Assembly (NCBI GenBank): GCA_037481815.1 | Contig: JBBFKX010000001.1 | Coordinates: forward strand, 256,001-320,000 | From: a candidate division WOR-3 bacterium | Lineage (GTDB): Bacteria > Hydrothermota > 32-111 | Length of the DNA: 64,000 nt | Direction: 5' to 3' | In this document: piece by piece, positions 10,370 through 21,371 of the stretch | Layout of the letters: each line of letters starts with the position of its first letter | Numbering within the stretch: the first letter of the stretch is position 1 | Program-made: the position numbers and the translations under genes | Notes under the pieces: generated by a model | The model's database searches: none | Seen by the model: the letters and a program-made list of their open reading frames with translations, nothing else | Told to the model about the DNA's origin: nothing

Positions 10370-11300
10370 ATCTGCAAAAAGAATTTTGATAGTTTCCCAT
10401 AAAAGACCGGATGGTGATTCTATTGGCTCCCAGATTGGCCTCATACTTGCGTTAAAGAAGATCAAAAAAGATGTTTTCTGTTTGAATGAGGATGATGTCC
10501 CTGAAACTTTTCGCTTTCTAAAAGGTAGTGAGTTTGTAAAAAGAGATATTCCCGTACAAAAAAAATTTAATCTTGTTATTACACTCGATATGTCCGATCT
10601 TTCAAGACCTGGAGATAGAATAGAAAAATATCTGTACGATCTTTTGCAACAAAATATTTTTCTTATAAATATAGATCATCATGATTCGAATAAAAATTTC
10701 GGACACGAGAATTTTGTAGATGTGTGTTCAAGTTCAACAGCGGAAATAGTGTTCAAACTTCTGAGAAAAATGAATATCAAATTTGACACAAATATTTCTA
10801 ATGCTCTTTATACAGGAATTGTTTCCGATACAGGAAATTTCATGTTTGAAAACACAAACTCAGAAACTTTTAATATCGCATCAAAACTTATCGATGAAGG
10901 AGCTGAGAGGCAAAAAATCTCAAACGAAGTTTTTATGTCCCGACCTTTTGCAAAGGTCAAACTCATATCAAGAGTAGTTGACAGAATAAAATTTATTGAT
11001 GATAAAGTTTATTCTTACATAAAACTATCGGATTTTGATGAGTTGAAAGCAAAAAAAGAATACACTGATGGAATAGTTAATGAACTTTTAAAAATTAAAG
11101 GTGTTGGATTCGCTGTTTTGTTAACTGAGGAAGAAGGAAATATCAGAATTTCTTTCAGAAGTAAAATCGAAAAGTACAATGCAGATCTTTTCGCAAGAAA
11201 GTTTGAAGGTGGTGGCCATTATTATGCTGCTGGTGGGAAATCAAGTGATACACTTGAAAAAACCATCAAAAATCTTGAAAAAGAACTCTATTCGTTATGA
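10344..11300 (+). CDS. nrnA: DHH/DHHA1 bifunctional oligoribonuclease/PAP phosphatase
   Basis: HKRPDGDSIGS, NIDHH, SSTAE, GIVSDTGNF, SFRS, GGGH..AAG. Confidence 0.88.
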   Translation: MKKIIEKIKSAKRILIVSHKRPDGDSIGSQIGLILALKKIKKDVFCLNEDDVPETFRFLKGSEFVKRDIPVQKKFNLVITLDMSDLSRPGDRIEKYLYDLLQQNIFLINIDHHDSNKNFGHENFVDVCSSSTAEIVFKLLRKMNIKFDTNISNALYTGIVSDTGNFMFENTNSETFNIASKLIDEGAERQKISNEVFMSRPFAKVKLISRVVDRIKFIDDKVYSYIKLSDFDELKAKKEYTDGIVNELLKIKGVGFAVLLTEEEGNIRISFRSKIEKYNADLFARKFEGGGHYYAAGGKSSDTLEKTIKNLEKELYSL

Positions 11301-12340
11301 AAAAAATCGTAGTTCTTTTGGGAGCAAGACCACAGTTTATAAAACATGCTCCCGTTAATATACATTTAAAAAAATATTTTAAAATCGTTCTTGTTCACTC
11401 AGGACAGCATTATGATTTCAATATGTCTGAAATATTTTTTAAATCTTTAAAACTCCCTGTCCCGGATTACAATCTTGGTGTTGGATCGAAAACCCACTCA
11501 CAACAAACTGGTGAAATTATGGAAAAGTTTGAGGAGGTTCTCCAGAAAGAAAAACCATCGGGAGTAATAGTTTATGGAGATACAAACACAACACTTGCCG
11601 GAGCCATAACAACCGTAAAACTCTGCATACCTCTTGTTCATATAGAAGCAGGACTTAGAAGCAGAAACATTTATATGCCTGAAGAGATCAACAGGATAGT
11701 TACCGATAGAGTATCAGATTATCTTTTTGCTCCTTCAAAACTTGCTATTTCTAATTTGAAAAGCGAAGGATTAAAAGGTATTTTTTCAGGGGATGTGATG
11801 TATGATCTTTTTTTAATGCTTGAAAAGGATGTTGAAAGGAAAGTCAATAAAGGTTTGAAAAAAAAGATTGAGAATAGAGATTTTGCTCTATTAACGATTC
11901 ACAGAGAAGCGAATACAAAAAAAGAGGTTTTAAAAAAAATTTTAAACAATGTGTCAAGGTTGGAATATAAAATAATTTTTCCTGTTCATCCAAGAACGAA
12001 AAATTTCCTCTCTGATCAAAGAATTTATAAAAATATTGAATTTGTTGATCCTGTTGGTTATTTTGAAACATTGTTTTTGTTGAAAAATTGTAGAATCGTT
12101 ATAACTGACTCTGGAGGATTACAGAAGGAAGCATATTTTGCAAAAAAACCTTGTATAACTCTCAGGAATGAAACCGAATGGCAAGAGACGGTTGAATCTG
12201 GTTATAACATTTTATCACCATTTGGAGAAATAGTTGACGAAAAAGTTGAAAAAAAGTTTAAATTGAAAAAATATAAATTTTTTTATGGAAAGGGAAACGC
12301 ATCAACGATAATTGCAGAAAAATTGAAGGAGTCATTATGA
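11297..12340 (+). CDS. wecB: UDP-N-acetylglucosamine 2-epimerase (non-hydrolysing)
   Basis: GARPQFIK, HSGQHYD, YGDTNTTLAG, HIEAGLRS, MPEEINR, TDSGGLQKEA. Confidence 0.88.
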   Translation: MKKIVVLLGARPQFIKHAPVNIHLKKYFKIVLVHSGQHYDFNMSEIFFKSLKLPVPDYNLGVGSKTHSQQTGEIMEKFEEVLQKEKPSGVIVYGDTNTTLAGAITTVKLCIPLVHIEAGLRSRNIYMPEEINRIVTDRVSDYLFAPSKLAISNLKSEGLKGIFSGDVMYDLFLMLEKDVERKVNKGLKKKIENRDFALLTIHREANTKKEVLKKILNNVSRLEYKIIFPVHPRTKNFLSDQRIYKNIEFVDPVGYFETLFLLKNCRIVITDSGGLQKEAYFAKKPCITLRNETEWQETVESGYNILSPFGEIVDEKVEKKFKLKKYKFFYGKGNASTIIAEKLKESL

Positions 12341-13878
12341 AAATAAGAAATGCTTTAATTTCACTTTACAACAAAGATGGCATCGAAAATTTACTCGATA
12401 CTTTAAAAAAATACTCAGTAAAAATATATGCAACAAGTTCGACAGCAAAACATATAAAAAAACTCGGATATGATGTTTTTGAAACTGAAGAAATTACCGG
12501 AATAAGCGAAATTCTTGGTGGAAGAGTTAAAACCCTCAACACAGATCTTTTTGCAGGAATCCTTGCAAGAAGAGATAAAGATGATGTTTCAAAAGTTAAG
12601 GTTCTTTTTGATCTTGTTGTCGTTGACCTTTATCCATTTGAAGAAAGTTTCAAAAACTCAAAAAATCCAGTTGAAAATCTTGAAAATTTGATCGAAAAGA
12701 TTGATATAGGAGGAGTTTCCCTTATAAGAGCGGCAGCAAAAAACTATAAATTTGTCGGAGTTATCGTTGATAAAAATGACTATAAAAATATAGCCGAACA
12801 TATCGAAGAAAACGATGGTTCAATTACAGAATCCACACTTTCACTTCTTGCGCAAAAAGCATTCAATAGAGTAGTTGAGTATGATTCAACGATATTCAAA
12901 TTTTTTAGTATCATAAATCAGAATGAATCGATGTTGCCGAACAATTTGAATTTGATTTTAAAGAAAAAATCAGATTTGAGATATGGAGAAAATCCACATC
13001 AAAAAGGTTCTCTATATGTGGTGAGTGGTTCGAGCAGAACTCTTGCGGACTTAAGAGTGATCCAGGGTAAAGAAATGTCATTTAACAATTATCTTGATCT
13101 TGACGCTGCGATAAACATTTCTTTATCATTTGAGCAACCTGCTTGTTCAATAATCAAGCACTGTAATCCCTGTGGAGTGGGAGTGGGTGAAACAATATCG
13201 GATGCTTTTCAGTATGCACACATCTCTGACCCGAAATCCGCTTTTGGTGGAATAATCGCTTTAAACAGGGAATGTGATGAAGAAACAGCAGAAATGATAA
13301 GCCCTCTTTTTATGGAGGTTCTCTATGCTCCTTCATTCTCAGAAAATTCTTTAAAAATCTTATCTAAAAAGAAAAATTTAAGAATAGTTGAAGGGGAGAT
13401 AGATATAAAGAAAGAAATAGAATTGAGATCCTTAACAGGTTGCTATCTTGCTCAAAACAAGGATAACATTCAGGATAATGCTTCTCTGTTTCAGGTTGTT
13501 ACAGAAAAAAGGCCAACCGAAAAAGAATGGTCGGCGATATATTTTGGATGGAAGGTTGTCAGATTCGTAAAATCAAACGCGATAGTTATTGCCACACCCA
13601 ACCGAACAATGGGAATATCAGGTGGGCAAACTTCAAGAGTTGATGCTGTTGAAATTGCGCTCAAAAAAACTGGAGGAATGGCAGCGTATACTGGTGGTTC
13701 TGCGCTTGCATCCGATGGTTTTTTCCCGTTCAGAGATTCAATAGATTTGATAGCGAAAGAAGGTATATACGCGATAGTTCAACCAGGTGGTTCGATCAAG
13801 GATCAAGAGGTTATCGAAGCGTGTAATGAACATGGTATTTCAATGGTGTTTACAAATGTGAGACATTTTAAACACTGA
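12337..13878 (+). CDS. purH: Bifunctional AICAR transformylase/IMP cyclohydrolase
   Basis: GGRVKTL, IDIGGVSLIRAAAKNY, LRYGENPHQ, SAFGGIIA, VKSNAIV, ASDGFFPFRD, QPGGSIKD, RHFKH. Confidence 0.95.
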   Translation: MKIRNALISLYNKDGIENLLDTLKKYSVKIYATSSTAKHIKKLGYDVFETEEITGISEILGGRVKTLNTDLFAGILARRDKDDVSKVKVLFDLVVVDLYPFEESFKNSKNPVENLENLIEKIDIGGVSLIRAAAKNYKFVGVIVDKNDYKNIAEHIEENDGSITESTLSLLAQKAFNRVVEYDSTIFKFFSIINQNESMLPNNLNLILKKKSDLRYGENPHQKGSLYVVSGSSRTLADLRVIQGKEMSFNNYLDLDAAINISLSFEQPACSIIKHCNPCGVGVGETISDAFQYAHISDPKSAFGGIIALNRECDEETAEMISPLFMEVLYAPSFSENSLKILSKKKNLRIVEGEIDIKKEIELRSLTGCYLAQNKDNIQDNASLFQVVTEKRPTEKEWSAIYFGWKVVRFVKSNAIVIATPNRTMGISGGQTSRVDAVEIALKKTGGMAAYTGGSALASDGFFPFRDSIDLIAKEGIYAIVQPGGSIKDQEVIEACNEHGISMVFTNVRHFKH

Positions 13879-13879
13879 G

Positions 13880-14893
13880 GTGAATATGGGATTTATGGGA
13901 TTCAAAAATAAAAAACCTAAGATTGGACTTGCTCTTGGTTCTGGTGCAGCAAAAGGTTATGCTCATATTGGTGTTTTAAAAGTTCTTGAAGAATTGAAAA
14001 TCAAACCTGATGTGATCGCAGGAACTTCGATGGGGGCACTCGTTGGTGTATTATATGCTTCAGGTTATCTTGCAAAAGATATTGAGGATCTTGCAAACAG
14101 GATAGATAAAAAAGAGGTAAAAAAACTGTTTAAGATCACATTTGATGGAGCGGGACTTGTCAATGGAGAAATTTTAAACAGATATATTGATTCGTTGCTT
14201 CCTGTTGATACCTTTGATAAATTAAAAATTCCATTTGGCTGTGTAGCATGTAACATTATCGATGGAAGGGAGTTGAATTTCACTAAGGGATTTTTAAGGG
14301 ATGCAGTGCGTGCATCGATTTCTATTCCTGGAATCATAACTCCAAAAATGTTAAAAAATTATGCTCTTGTTGATGGTGGTTTAGTTAATCCTGTCCCGGT
14401 ATCTTTATGTAGAAGGTTGGGAGCAGATGTGGTAATCGCTGTGAATGTATTACACACTCCGGTTTTAAAATGTAAATGTGCTGATTTCCCTATAGCCGAA
14501 AAAACTGAAAACTACCAGATGCAAAAAGTGGATCAGGCGACAAATTTTAATGAAAAATTAAAAATTTTTATAAAACAGGAAATTGAAACGATTGAAAAAA
14601 GAGCAAAAATTTTGGGTTCACTTTTAAATCTGAATGACAAACTGAACATCATGGATGTTCTATCACAAACATTTATGATAGCAGAGTCAAATCTTGCAAA
14701 TTTCAGGTTGAATTTTGATAAACCAGATTTTTTGATTCAACCTGACATGACATCGATAAAACATTTCGATTTCTATAAATCAGAGGAGGCTATACTTCTC
14801 GGTGAAAAGGAGATGTGGAAATTCGCGGCAGAAAGTAAAATCGCTGATAGATTAAAAAATTATGAACCATTTAAAAAATTTTTACATCGATAG
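13880..14893 (+). CDS. Patatin-like phospholipase (RssA/NTE family)
   Basis: LALGSGAAKGYAHIGV, GTSMG nucleophile, ASISIPG, DGG. Confidence 0.88.
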   Translation: MNMGFMGFKNKKPKIGLALGSGAAKGYAHIGVLKVLEELKIKPDVIAGTSMGALVGVLYASGYLAKDIEDLANRIDKKEVKKLFKITFDGAGLVNGEILNRYIDSLLPVDTFDKLKIPFGCVACNIIDGRELNFTKGFLRDAVRASISIPGIITPKMLKNYALVDGGLVNPVPVSLCRRLGADVVIAVNVLHTPVLKCKCADFPIAEKTENYQMQKVDQATNFNEKLKIFIKQEIETIEKRAKILGSLLNLNDKLNIMDVLSQTFMIAESNLANFRLNFDKPDFLIQPDMTSIKHFDFYKSEEAILLGEKEMWKFAAESKIADRLKNYEPFKKFLHR

Positions 14894-15743
14894 ATGTTTC
14901 CTTTGTGGAAACATGTGTGGTGCAAAAAGATATAAAGGAGAAACAGGTATCTGTAATGCAGACCACAAGATCAAGATCGCATCGAAAAATCTCCATTTTG
15001 GAGAAGAACCACCGATTTCTGGAACTGAGGGTTCTGGAACGATCTTCTTTTCAAACTGTTCTATGAAATGTATATACTGTCAGAATTATCCAATATCTCA
15101 ACTTGGAGTTGGAAACATTACGGATGAAGAAGGATTAAAAGAAGCGATAATTGATTTACAGAAAAGGGGAGCAAAGAATATAAATTTTGTCACTCCAACA
15201 CACTATACTTATCACATCTATGATGTTGTAAAAGAAATAAAAGGTAAAGAATTGAAAATACCAATCGTCTGGAACACATCTTCTTATGAAAATCCTGAGA
15301 TTGTTGATTTTTTAGACGAGATTGTAGATGTTTATCTTGCTGATATCAGATACTCCAACGATAACGATGCAAGAAAATACTCTTCCGTTGATAACTATGT
15401 TTCAATTGTTTTTGAAAACATCAAAAAATTTTTTAAACAGAAGGGAAATTTAAAAGTCGACAAAGATGGATATGCACAGAAAGGTTTGATCATAAGAATA
15501 CTTTTGTTACCAGGTAAAGTAAAAGAGATGAAAGATATAATTAAATTTTGTTTTGATAACTTTGGTAATGAAATCTCTCTTTCTTTGATGTCACAATATA
15601 CACCATACTTTAAAGCACTTGATGATCTCTTGTTAAAAAGAAAGGTTTATGTTGAAGAATATGAAGAGATCGTTGATTATGCTAACATGTTAGGTCTTGA
15701 AAACTGCTTTATACAGGAGTTTGATAATCTGGAGGAAAAATGA
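14862..15743 (+). CDS. Radical SAM protein, PflX-like
   Basis: LHFGEEPPISGTEGSGTIFFSNCSMKCIYCQN (CxxxCxxC), NINFVTPTHY, LMSQYTP. Confidence 0.85.
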   Translation: MNHLKNFYIDRCFLCGNMCGAKRYKGETGICNADHKIKIASKNLHFGEEPPISGTEGSGTIFFSNCSMKCIYCQNYPISQLGVGNITDEEGLKEAIIDLQKRGAKNINFVTPTHYTYHIYDVVKEIKGKELKIPIVWNTSSYENPEIVDFLDEIVDVYLADIRYSNDNDARKYSSVDNYVSIVFENIKKFFKQKGNLKVDKDGYAQKGLIIRILLLPGKVKEMKDIIKFCFDNFGNEISLSLMSQYTPYFKALDDLLLKRKVYVEEYEEIVDYANMLGLENCFIQEFDNLEEK

Positions 15744-18523
15744 TATTAGAAATAATTCCAAAAAATGATAGTTATGATTCACTTGGTCTTATAATAAGGA
15801 ATGAGATGAAAAAAAGACATTTTAAGATTGAAAAAGTTAGAACTTCAAACCTTTATTTTTTTGATAGGGACATAGATTTAAATTTTTTACAAGATCTCCT
15901 TGTCGATTCAATTACAGATGAAATTTATATACATCCAGATCATCCCTTTGAAAACTCATTTTTTATTGATATATACTATAAAGATAGAGTTATGGATCCT
16001 GCTGGTGAAACTCTCAAAAATTACCTTCTGAAATCATCTTTTGAAGTGGAAAATGTAAAAACGATAAGAAGGTTTTACTTTTTTGCAGAAGAAAAAGTTG
16101 ATAAAGAAAGTGTTATAAAATTTTTAAAGAACAGATATTTTAATCCTCTTGTTGAACAGGCTGGTGAGTTCAGGGAGAAGAAAAAAATCCAGAAAAAATT
16201 TCAAGATTTTGAAATAAAGTATGTTGATCTGGATTGCGATCTTGAGAAATTGTCAAAAGATATGTTTTTATCACTCAATTTAAGGGAAATGGAAGTCATA
16301 AAAGATTATTTTTACAAAAAACTCAAAAGAAAACCAACGGATGTTGAACTTGAAACTATTGCTCAAACATGGTCAGAACATTGTGTTCATAAAACTTTCA
16401 AATCACCTTTCAAATACAAAAACAAAAAGATAAAAAATCTATTCAAAGAAACGATAATGAAAGCGAGTTACAAAATAGATCATCCGGACACTGTTTCCCT
16501 TTTTTCTGATAACGCTGGTATAGTAAAATTCGATGAATACCATAATATATGTTTTAAAGTAGAAACTCACAATCATCCATCAGCACTTGAACCTTATGGT
16601 GGTGCGGGAACTGGAATCGGTGGAGTTATAAGAGATATAATTGGAACCGGTTTGTCTGCTAAACCTATAGCGAATACAGATGTTTTTTGTATCGGTATTG
16701 ATGAAGGAGAGTTGAAGGAGAATGAATCGATAATACCACCAGATGAAATTTTAAAAGGTGTTGTAGCAGGGGTGAGAGATTATGGAAACAGGATGGGTAT
16801 TCCTACTATAAATGGTGCTGTTTGTTATCACAAAAATTTTCTTGGAAATCCTCTTGTTTTTGCTGGAAGTATAGGAATAATGAAATCAAGAAACAGTTTT
16901 AAAAAGGTTGTTGAAAATGATTATATAGTTTTGATAGGAGGTAAAACTGGGAGAGATGGAATACATGGAGCAACTTTCTCCTCAACATCTCTTACTGAGG
17001 ATTCTCAGGAGTTATCAAGTGGTGCTGTGCAAATAGGCAATCCAATAGAAGAAAAGAAGATGCTTGATGCTATAATGGAAATGGATGGACTTTTCAATGC
17101 TATAACCGATTGTGGAGCAGGTGGACTATCTTCTGCTGTTGGAGAGATGGGAGAAGAAACAGGGGCGGTTGTTTACCTTGATAAAGTGCCATTAAAATAT
17201 GAAGGATTATCATATAGTGAAATCTGGATCTCTGAAAGTCAGGAGAGAATGGTTCTTTCAGTACCACCAAAAAATTTTGAGAGGATAAAAGAGATTGCTG
17301 AAAAATATAACACTGAGGTTTCACATATAGGTTATTTTAAAGGCAAAAAACTTGAACTTTATTTTTATGATAAACTTGTTCTCTCCCTTGATATGGACTT
17401 TTTGCATAAAGGTGTTCCTTTGTTTGAAAAAAAAGCTTTACCTTATATAAATTTCAAAGAGTCAAAAAGAAAAGAAAAATATAAATTTTCTATCGATGAT
17501 GCTGTTGAAAAGGTTCTTTCGTCAAAAGATGTTAAATCAAAGGAATGGATCGTCAGACAGTATGATCACGAGGTTCAATCACAAACATTGATAAAACCAC
17601 TTGGTGGTAAAAAACATAATTCACCAAACGATTCATCAGTTTTGTACCCATTATTTTCAAAAGAAAAATGTATAGTGGTTGGTTGTGGAATCAATCCAAG
17701 ATATGGAGAATTGAATGTCAAAAAGATGACATACTCTGTTATAGATGAAAGTATAAGGAATGTACTTTCGCAGGGCGGAGATCTTGATCATACATTTTTA
17801 CTTGATAATTTTTGTTTCGGTGATGTTACAAATCCTCATACTCTTGGGGCGATAGTCGAATCAACATTCGCCTGTTATGATTATACTTTGAGATTAAAAA
17901 CTCCTTTCATATCAGGCAAAGATTCCCTGAACAATTATTTCATAATGAAAGATAAAAAGATAGAAATCCCTCCAACTCTTTTGATCTCCGCATTATCAGT
18001 TTCAGATGTTGATAATATAAAAAGTTCATATTTTAAAATGACATCAAAACCTTCTTCAATTTTAATTTTAGGAAAGGAGACAAAGGAAGAGTTGGCAGGT
18101 TCAATTCTTTATACCGAATTTAAAATAAGAAATGGTTTTGTTCCTGATATAGATATTGTTGAGTCAACAAAAATACACAGGAATTTTAACGAGATCACTA
18201 AAAAAAGGATGATAATTTCTGCACATGATATTTCAGATGGTGGCATTTTTGTTACACTTTTTGAAAGTTGTATCGGGAACGATCTTGGCTGTGAGATAGA
18301 AATAAAAAGTAAACTTGATCCAATCGATTTTCTTTTTTCTGAAACCCAAACAAGATATGTTGTACAGGTTTACGATGATGATATCGAATATATTGAAAAA
18401 ATAATGGGCAAAAAATATGTAACAATTTTAGGTAAAGTTCTTGAAAAACCTTTAATAAAAATAAAATACAACACTAAAACTTATAAATTCGAAACAAAAA
18501 AACTTATGAAACTTTACAGGTGA
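15740..18523 (+). CDS. purL: Phosphoribosylformylglycinamidine synthase subunit PurL with N-terminal PurS-like extension
   Basis: AQTWSEHCVHKTF, KVETHNHPSALEPYGGAGTG, GRDGIHGATFSS, DCGAGGLS, SESQERM, QYDHEV, ISGKDSL, HDISDGG. Confidence 0.92.
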   Translation: MILEIIPKNDSYDSLGLIIRNEMKKRHFKIEKVRTSNLYFFDRDIDLNFLQDLLVDSITDEIYIHPDHPFENSFFIDIYYKDRVMDPAGETLKNYLLKSSFEVENVKTIRRFYFFAEEKVDKESVIKFLKNRYFNPLVEQAGEFREKKKIQKKFQDFEIKYVDLDCDLEKLSKDMFLSLNLREMEVIKDYFYKKLKRKPTDVELETIAQTWSEHCVHKTFKSPFKYKNKKIKNLFKETIMKASYKIDHPDTVSLFSDNAGIVKFDEYHNICFKVETHNHPSALEPYGGAGTGIGGVIRDIIGTGLSAKPIANTDVFCIGIDEGELKENESIIPPDEILKGVVAGVRDYGNRMGIPTINGAVCYHKNFLGNPLVFAGSIGIMKSRNSFKKVVENDYIVLIGGKTGRDGIHGATFSSTSLTEDSQELSSGAVQIGNPIEEKKMLDAIMEMDGLFNAITDCGAGGLSSAVGEMGEETGAVVYLDKVPLKYEGLSYSEIWISESQERMVLSVPPKNFERIKEIAEKYNTEVSHIGYFKGKKLELYFYDKLVLSLDMDFLHKGVPLFEKKALPYINFKESKRKEKYKFSIDDAVEKVLSSKDVKSKEWIVRQYDHEVQSQTLIKPLGGKKHNSPNDSSVLYPLFSKEKCIVVGCGINPRYGELNVKKMTYSVIDESIRNVLSQGGDLDHTFLLDNFCFGDVTNPHTLGAIVESTFACYDYTLRLKTPFISGKDSLNNYFIMKDKKIEIPPTLLISALSVSDVDNIKSSYFKMTSKPSSILILGKETKEELAGSILYTEFKIRNGFVPDIDIVESTKIHRNFNEITKKRMIISAHDISDGGIFVTLFESCIGNDLGCEIEIKSKLDPIDFLFSETQTRYVVQVYDDDIEYIEKIMGKKYVTILGKVLEKPLIKIKYNTKTYKFETKKLMKLYR

Positions 18524-18527
18524 TATT

Positions 18528-19289
18528 ATGAACAAATTTTTATCTCTCGTTATAAAAGCCGATGGAACCAACTGTGAGTTGGAAACATCTTTTATCCTTA
18601 AAAATGTTGGATTTAAAAATGAAATTTTAACAGTCGGTGAATTGATACAGGATCCTGATATAATAAAAAAATTCTCATTCATAGTTTTCCCCGGTGGTTT
18701 TTCTTATGGAGATTATACTGGAAGTGGTAGAATCGTTTCTTCAATAATAAAACATCACCTGTTTGAAAATTTTAAAAAACATGTTGAAGATGGAAAACTC
18801 ATTCTTGGTATCTGTAACGGATTTCAGATTCTTGTTAAATCTGGTCTTTTACCAAACACTCATGGTAAATGGGAGCAGGAGGTTAGTTTAATATTTAACG
18901 ATTCTTTCCATTATGAAGATCGCTGGGTAAAACTTCTTGTAAACAAGAATACTATTTACACAAAAAATCTTCCAGATTATATTTATCTTCCCGTTGCACA
19001 CGGGGAAGGGAAATTCATTCATAGTTTTGAAAAAGATATGATAGAAAAACTTGGGGTTTTCTTTTATGTTGATGATAAAGGTAAAAAAACCTTAAAATAT
19101 CCCGATAACCCCAATGGATCTTTCGATTCTCTAGCAGGAATAGTTGATAATTCTGGTAGAATTCTTGGAATGATGCCACATCCTGAAAGGTTCAGAGATG
19201 AAAAACAATTTTACTATGATGAAAAAAAAGACCCTTATGGTATAATAATATTTGAGAATGCTTACAGATATATAAAGGAGGAGTTATGA
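18528..19289 (+). CDS. purQ: FGAM synthase glutaminase subunit
   Basis: GTNCE, PGGFSYGD, LGICNGFQILV, PVAHGEG, NPNGS, GMMPHPER. Confidence 0.94.
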   Translation: MNKFLSLVIKADGTNCELETSFILKNVGFKNEILTVGELIQDPDIIKKFSFIVFPGGFSYGDYTGSGRIVSSIIKHHLFENFKKHVEDGKLILGICNGFQILVKSGLLPNTHGKWEQEVSLIFNDSFHYEDRWVKLLVNKNTIYTKNLPDYIYLPVAHGEGKFIHSFEKDMIEKLGVFFYVDDKGKKTLKYPDNPNGSFDSLAGIVDNSGRILGMMPHPERFRDEKQFYYDEKKDPYGIIIFENAYRYIKEEL

Positions 19290-20653
19290 AGCAATCAATA
19301 TTCAGAATGTATGATGTTCGTGGTATTGCCGAAACAGATTTAAATAGTGGTGATGTATATAAAATAGGAAAGGCGTTTGCAACGTATATAAAAAGAAGAG
19401 GTGGAAAGAAAGTTGTTGCTGGAATGGATGTGAGATTATCAAGCCCAAGGATCAAAGAAGCGTTTGTTAATGGAGTTCTTGACACAGGTCTTGATGTTAT
19501 TGATGTTGGAGTTGTGACAACACCGATGCTTTATTATTCTCAGTATTACTTTAAAAGCGATGGAGGAATAATGGTCACAGGATCCCATAATCCTATAGAA
19601 TACAATGGGCTTAAGATGGTTGATCCTGATGTTACCATATATGGAGATGTTATTCAAAATTTTTACAAGATGATCATCGAAAATGATCTTGAAAAGGGAG
19701 AAGGTAAACTCATAAAGGAAAATATTGATGAAATTTATGTAAACATGTGCGTTGAAAAAATTAAAATAAAGAAAGAGTTAAAGGTTCTTGTCGATCCGGG
19801 TAATGGAACTGCAGGTCCAATCGCAAAGAAAATTTTTGAGAGGTTGAATGTGAAGGCAGATTTCATAAATTTTGAAAGAGATGGGAATTTCCCGAATCAT
19901 CTTCCAGACCCAACCGTGATGGAGTTTATAGAAGAATTAAGAGAAAAAACTGTTAAAGGAGAATACGATGTTGGAATCGGATACGATGGAGATTGCGATC
20001 GGGTTGGGATAATCGATGAAAAAGGAGATGTGGTTTTTGGAGATCAGATCCTTGGAATCCTTGCAAAAGATATGCTTTCAAGAAACAAAGGTGAAAAGGT
20101 TATATTTGATGTAAAATGTTCCCAGGGACTTGAAGAATTGATTCTTAAAGAAGGCGGAGTTCCCATTATGCATAAAACTGGTCATTCTCTTTTGAAAAGA
20201 AAAATGAAAGAGGAAAAGGCGTTACTTGCTGGAGAAATGTCAGGGCATATGTTTTTTGCTGAAAATTATTTTGGTTTTGATGATGGGCTTTATGCATCTT
20301 TACTAATCTTAAGAATCATGTCTGAGAGGAATAAAAAAGTTTCTGAACTGAAAAATGAAATGCCATATTATATCTCAACACCTGAAATCAGAGTTGATAC
20401 AACGGATGAAGATAAATTTAAAATTGTTGATGAGATTGTAAAGTTCTATAAAGAAAAAAATTACAGAGTGGTTGATATCGATGGTGCGCGAGTTTATTTC
20501 GAAAACGGCTGGGCTCTTGTGAGGGCCTCAAACACTCAACCGATTTTAGTTGTCAGATTTGAAGCAAAAGATCAAGAGAGTATGGAGAAGATCAGAAAAA
20601 ACATTAAAGAGACACTGTCAAAATATAAATCTGTAGATATTAAAAATGTATAA
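19286..20653 (+). CDS. Phosphomannomutase/phosphoglucomutase (AlgC-like)
   Basis: FRMYDVRG, TGSHNP (phospho-Ser), DGDCDR, GEMSGH, VRASNTQP. Confidence 0.92.
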   Translation: MKQSIFRMYDVRGIAETDLNSGDVYKIGKAFATYIKRRGGKKVVAGMDVRLSSPRIKEAFVNGVLDTGLDVIDVGVVTTPMLYYSQYYFKSDGGIMVTGSHNPIEYNGLKMVDPDVTIYGDVIQNFYKMIIENDLEKGEGKLIKENIDEIYVNMCVEKIKIKKELKVLVDPGNGTAGPIAKKIFERLNVKADFINFERDGNFPNHLPDPTVMEFIEELREKTVKGEYDVGIGYDGDCDRVGIIDEKGDVVFGDQILGILAKDMLSRNKGEKVIFDVKCSQGLEELILKEGGVPIMHKTGHSLLKRKMKEEKALLAGEMSGHMFFAENYFGFDDGLYASLLILRIMSERNKKVSELKNEMPYYISTPEIRVDTTDEDKFKIVDEIVKFYKEKNYRVVDIDGARVYFENGWALVRASNTQPILVVRFEAKDQESMEKIRKNIKETLSKYKSVDIKNV

Positions 20654-21095
20654 GTTAATCGGTGTTATAGGTGGTTCTGTGATTGATGAACCACTTTTTC
20701 AAGAAGTGGTTAAAATAGGGGAGATACTTGCAACTTTTAAGGTTCCTGTGATATGTGGTGGGGGAACTGGTGTGATGGAAGCGATTTCAAAAGGTGTAAA
20801 GAATAAAGGTGGCACTACGATTGGAATACTTCCTTTTGAAAAGAAAAATGCAAATCCTTATATAGATATTGCAATATCAACAGGAATAGGATACGCAAGG
20901 AACTATATCATTGTCAACTCTTCTGATATTATAATAGTTATCGATGGTAAATATGGAACTTTAACTGAAATCGGTTATTCACTCCAATTTGGAAAACCGA
21001 TAATAAGTTATAGATCTGATTTCGCAAAAAATCTTGGAATTGAGGAAGCAAAAACTGTAAACGATATAAAAAAGTTTGTTGAGAAAAACCTATGA
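20646..21095 (+). CDS. LOG-family (TIGR00725-like) nucleotide-binding protein
   Basis: CGGGTGVMEA, GGTTIGILP, TGIGYARN, GKYGTLTEI. Confidence 0.8.
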   Translation: MYKLIGVIGGSVIDEPLFQEVVKIGEILATFKVPVICGGGTGVMEAISKGVKNKGGTTIGILPFEKKNANPYIDIAISTGIGYARNYIIVNSSDIIIVIDGKYGTLTEIGYSLQFGKPIISYRSDFAKNLGIEEAKTVNDIKKFVEKNL

Positions 21096-21361
21096 AAACC
21101 TATGAAATCCTTGTAAAAGGTTATGTGCAGGGTGTCGGATTCAGATATTTTGTTCAGAGAACTGCAAAAAAAATTGGTGTTAAAGGATATGTAAAAAATC
21201 TCTATTCTGGAGATGTTTTAATAATAGCACAAGGGGAGAATTATCAACTTGAAGATTTTGTTAAAAGAGTAAAAACTGAACATCCTTATGCTGAAGTGAA
21301 AGATATGATAATAAAAGAAATAGAATCATCAGAGTATGATGATTTTTCAATCGAATATTAA
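21092..21361 (+). CDS. acyP: Acylphosphatase
   Basis: VKGYVQGVGFRYF, GYVKNL..GDV; 89 aa. Confidence 0.92.
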   Translation: MKTYEILVKGYVQGVGFRYFVQRTAKKIGVKGYVKNLYSGDVLIIAQGENYQLEDFVKRVKTEHPYAEVKDMIIKEIESSEYDDFSIEY

Positions 21362-21371
21362 AGGAGGAATA

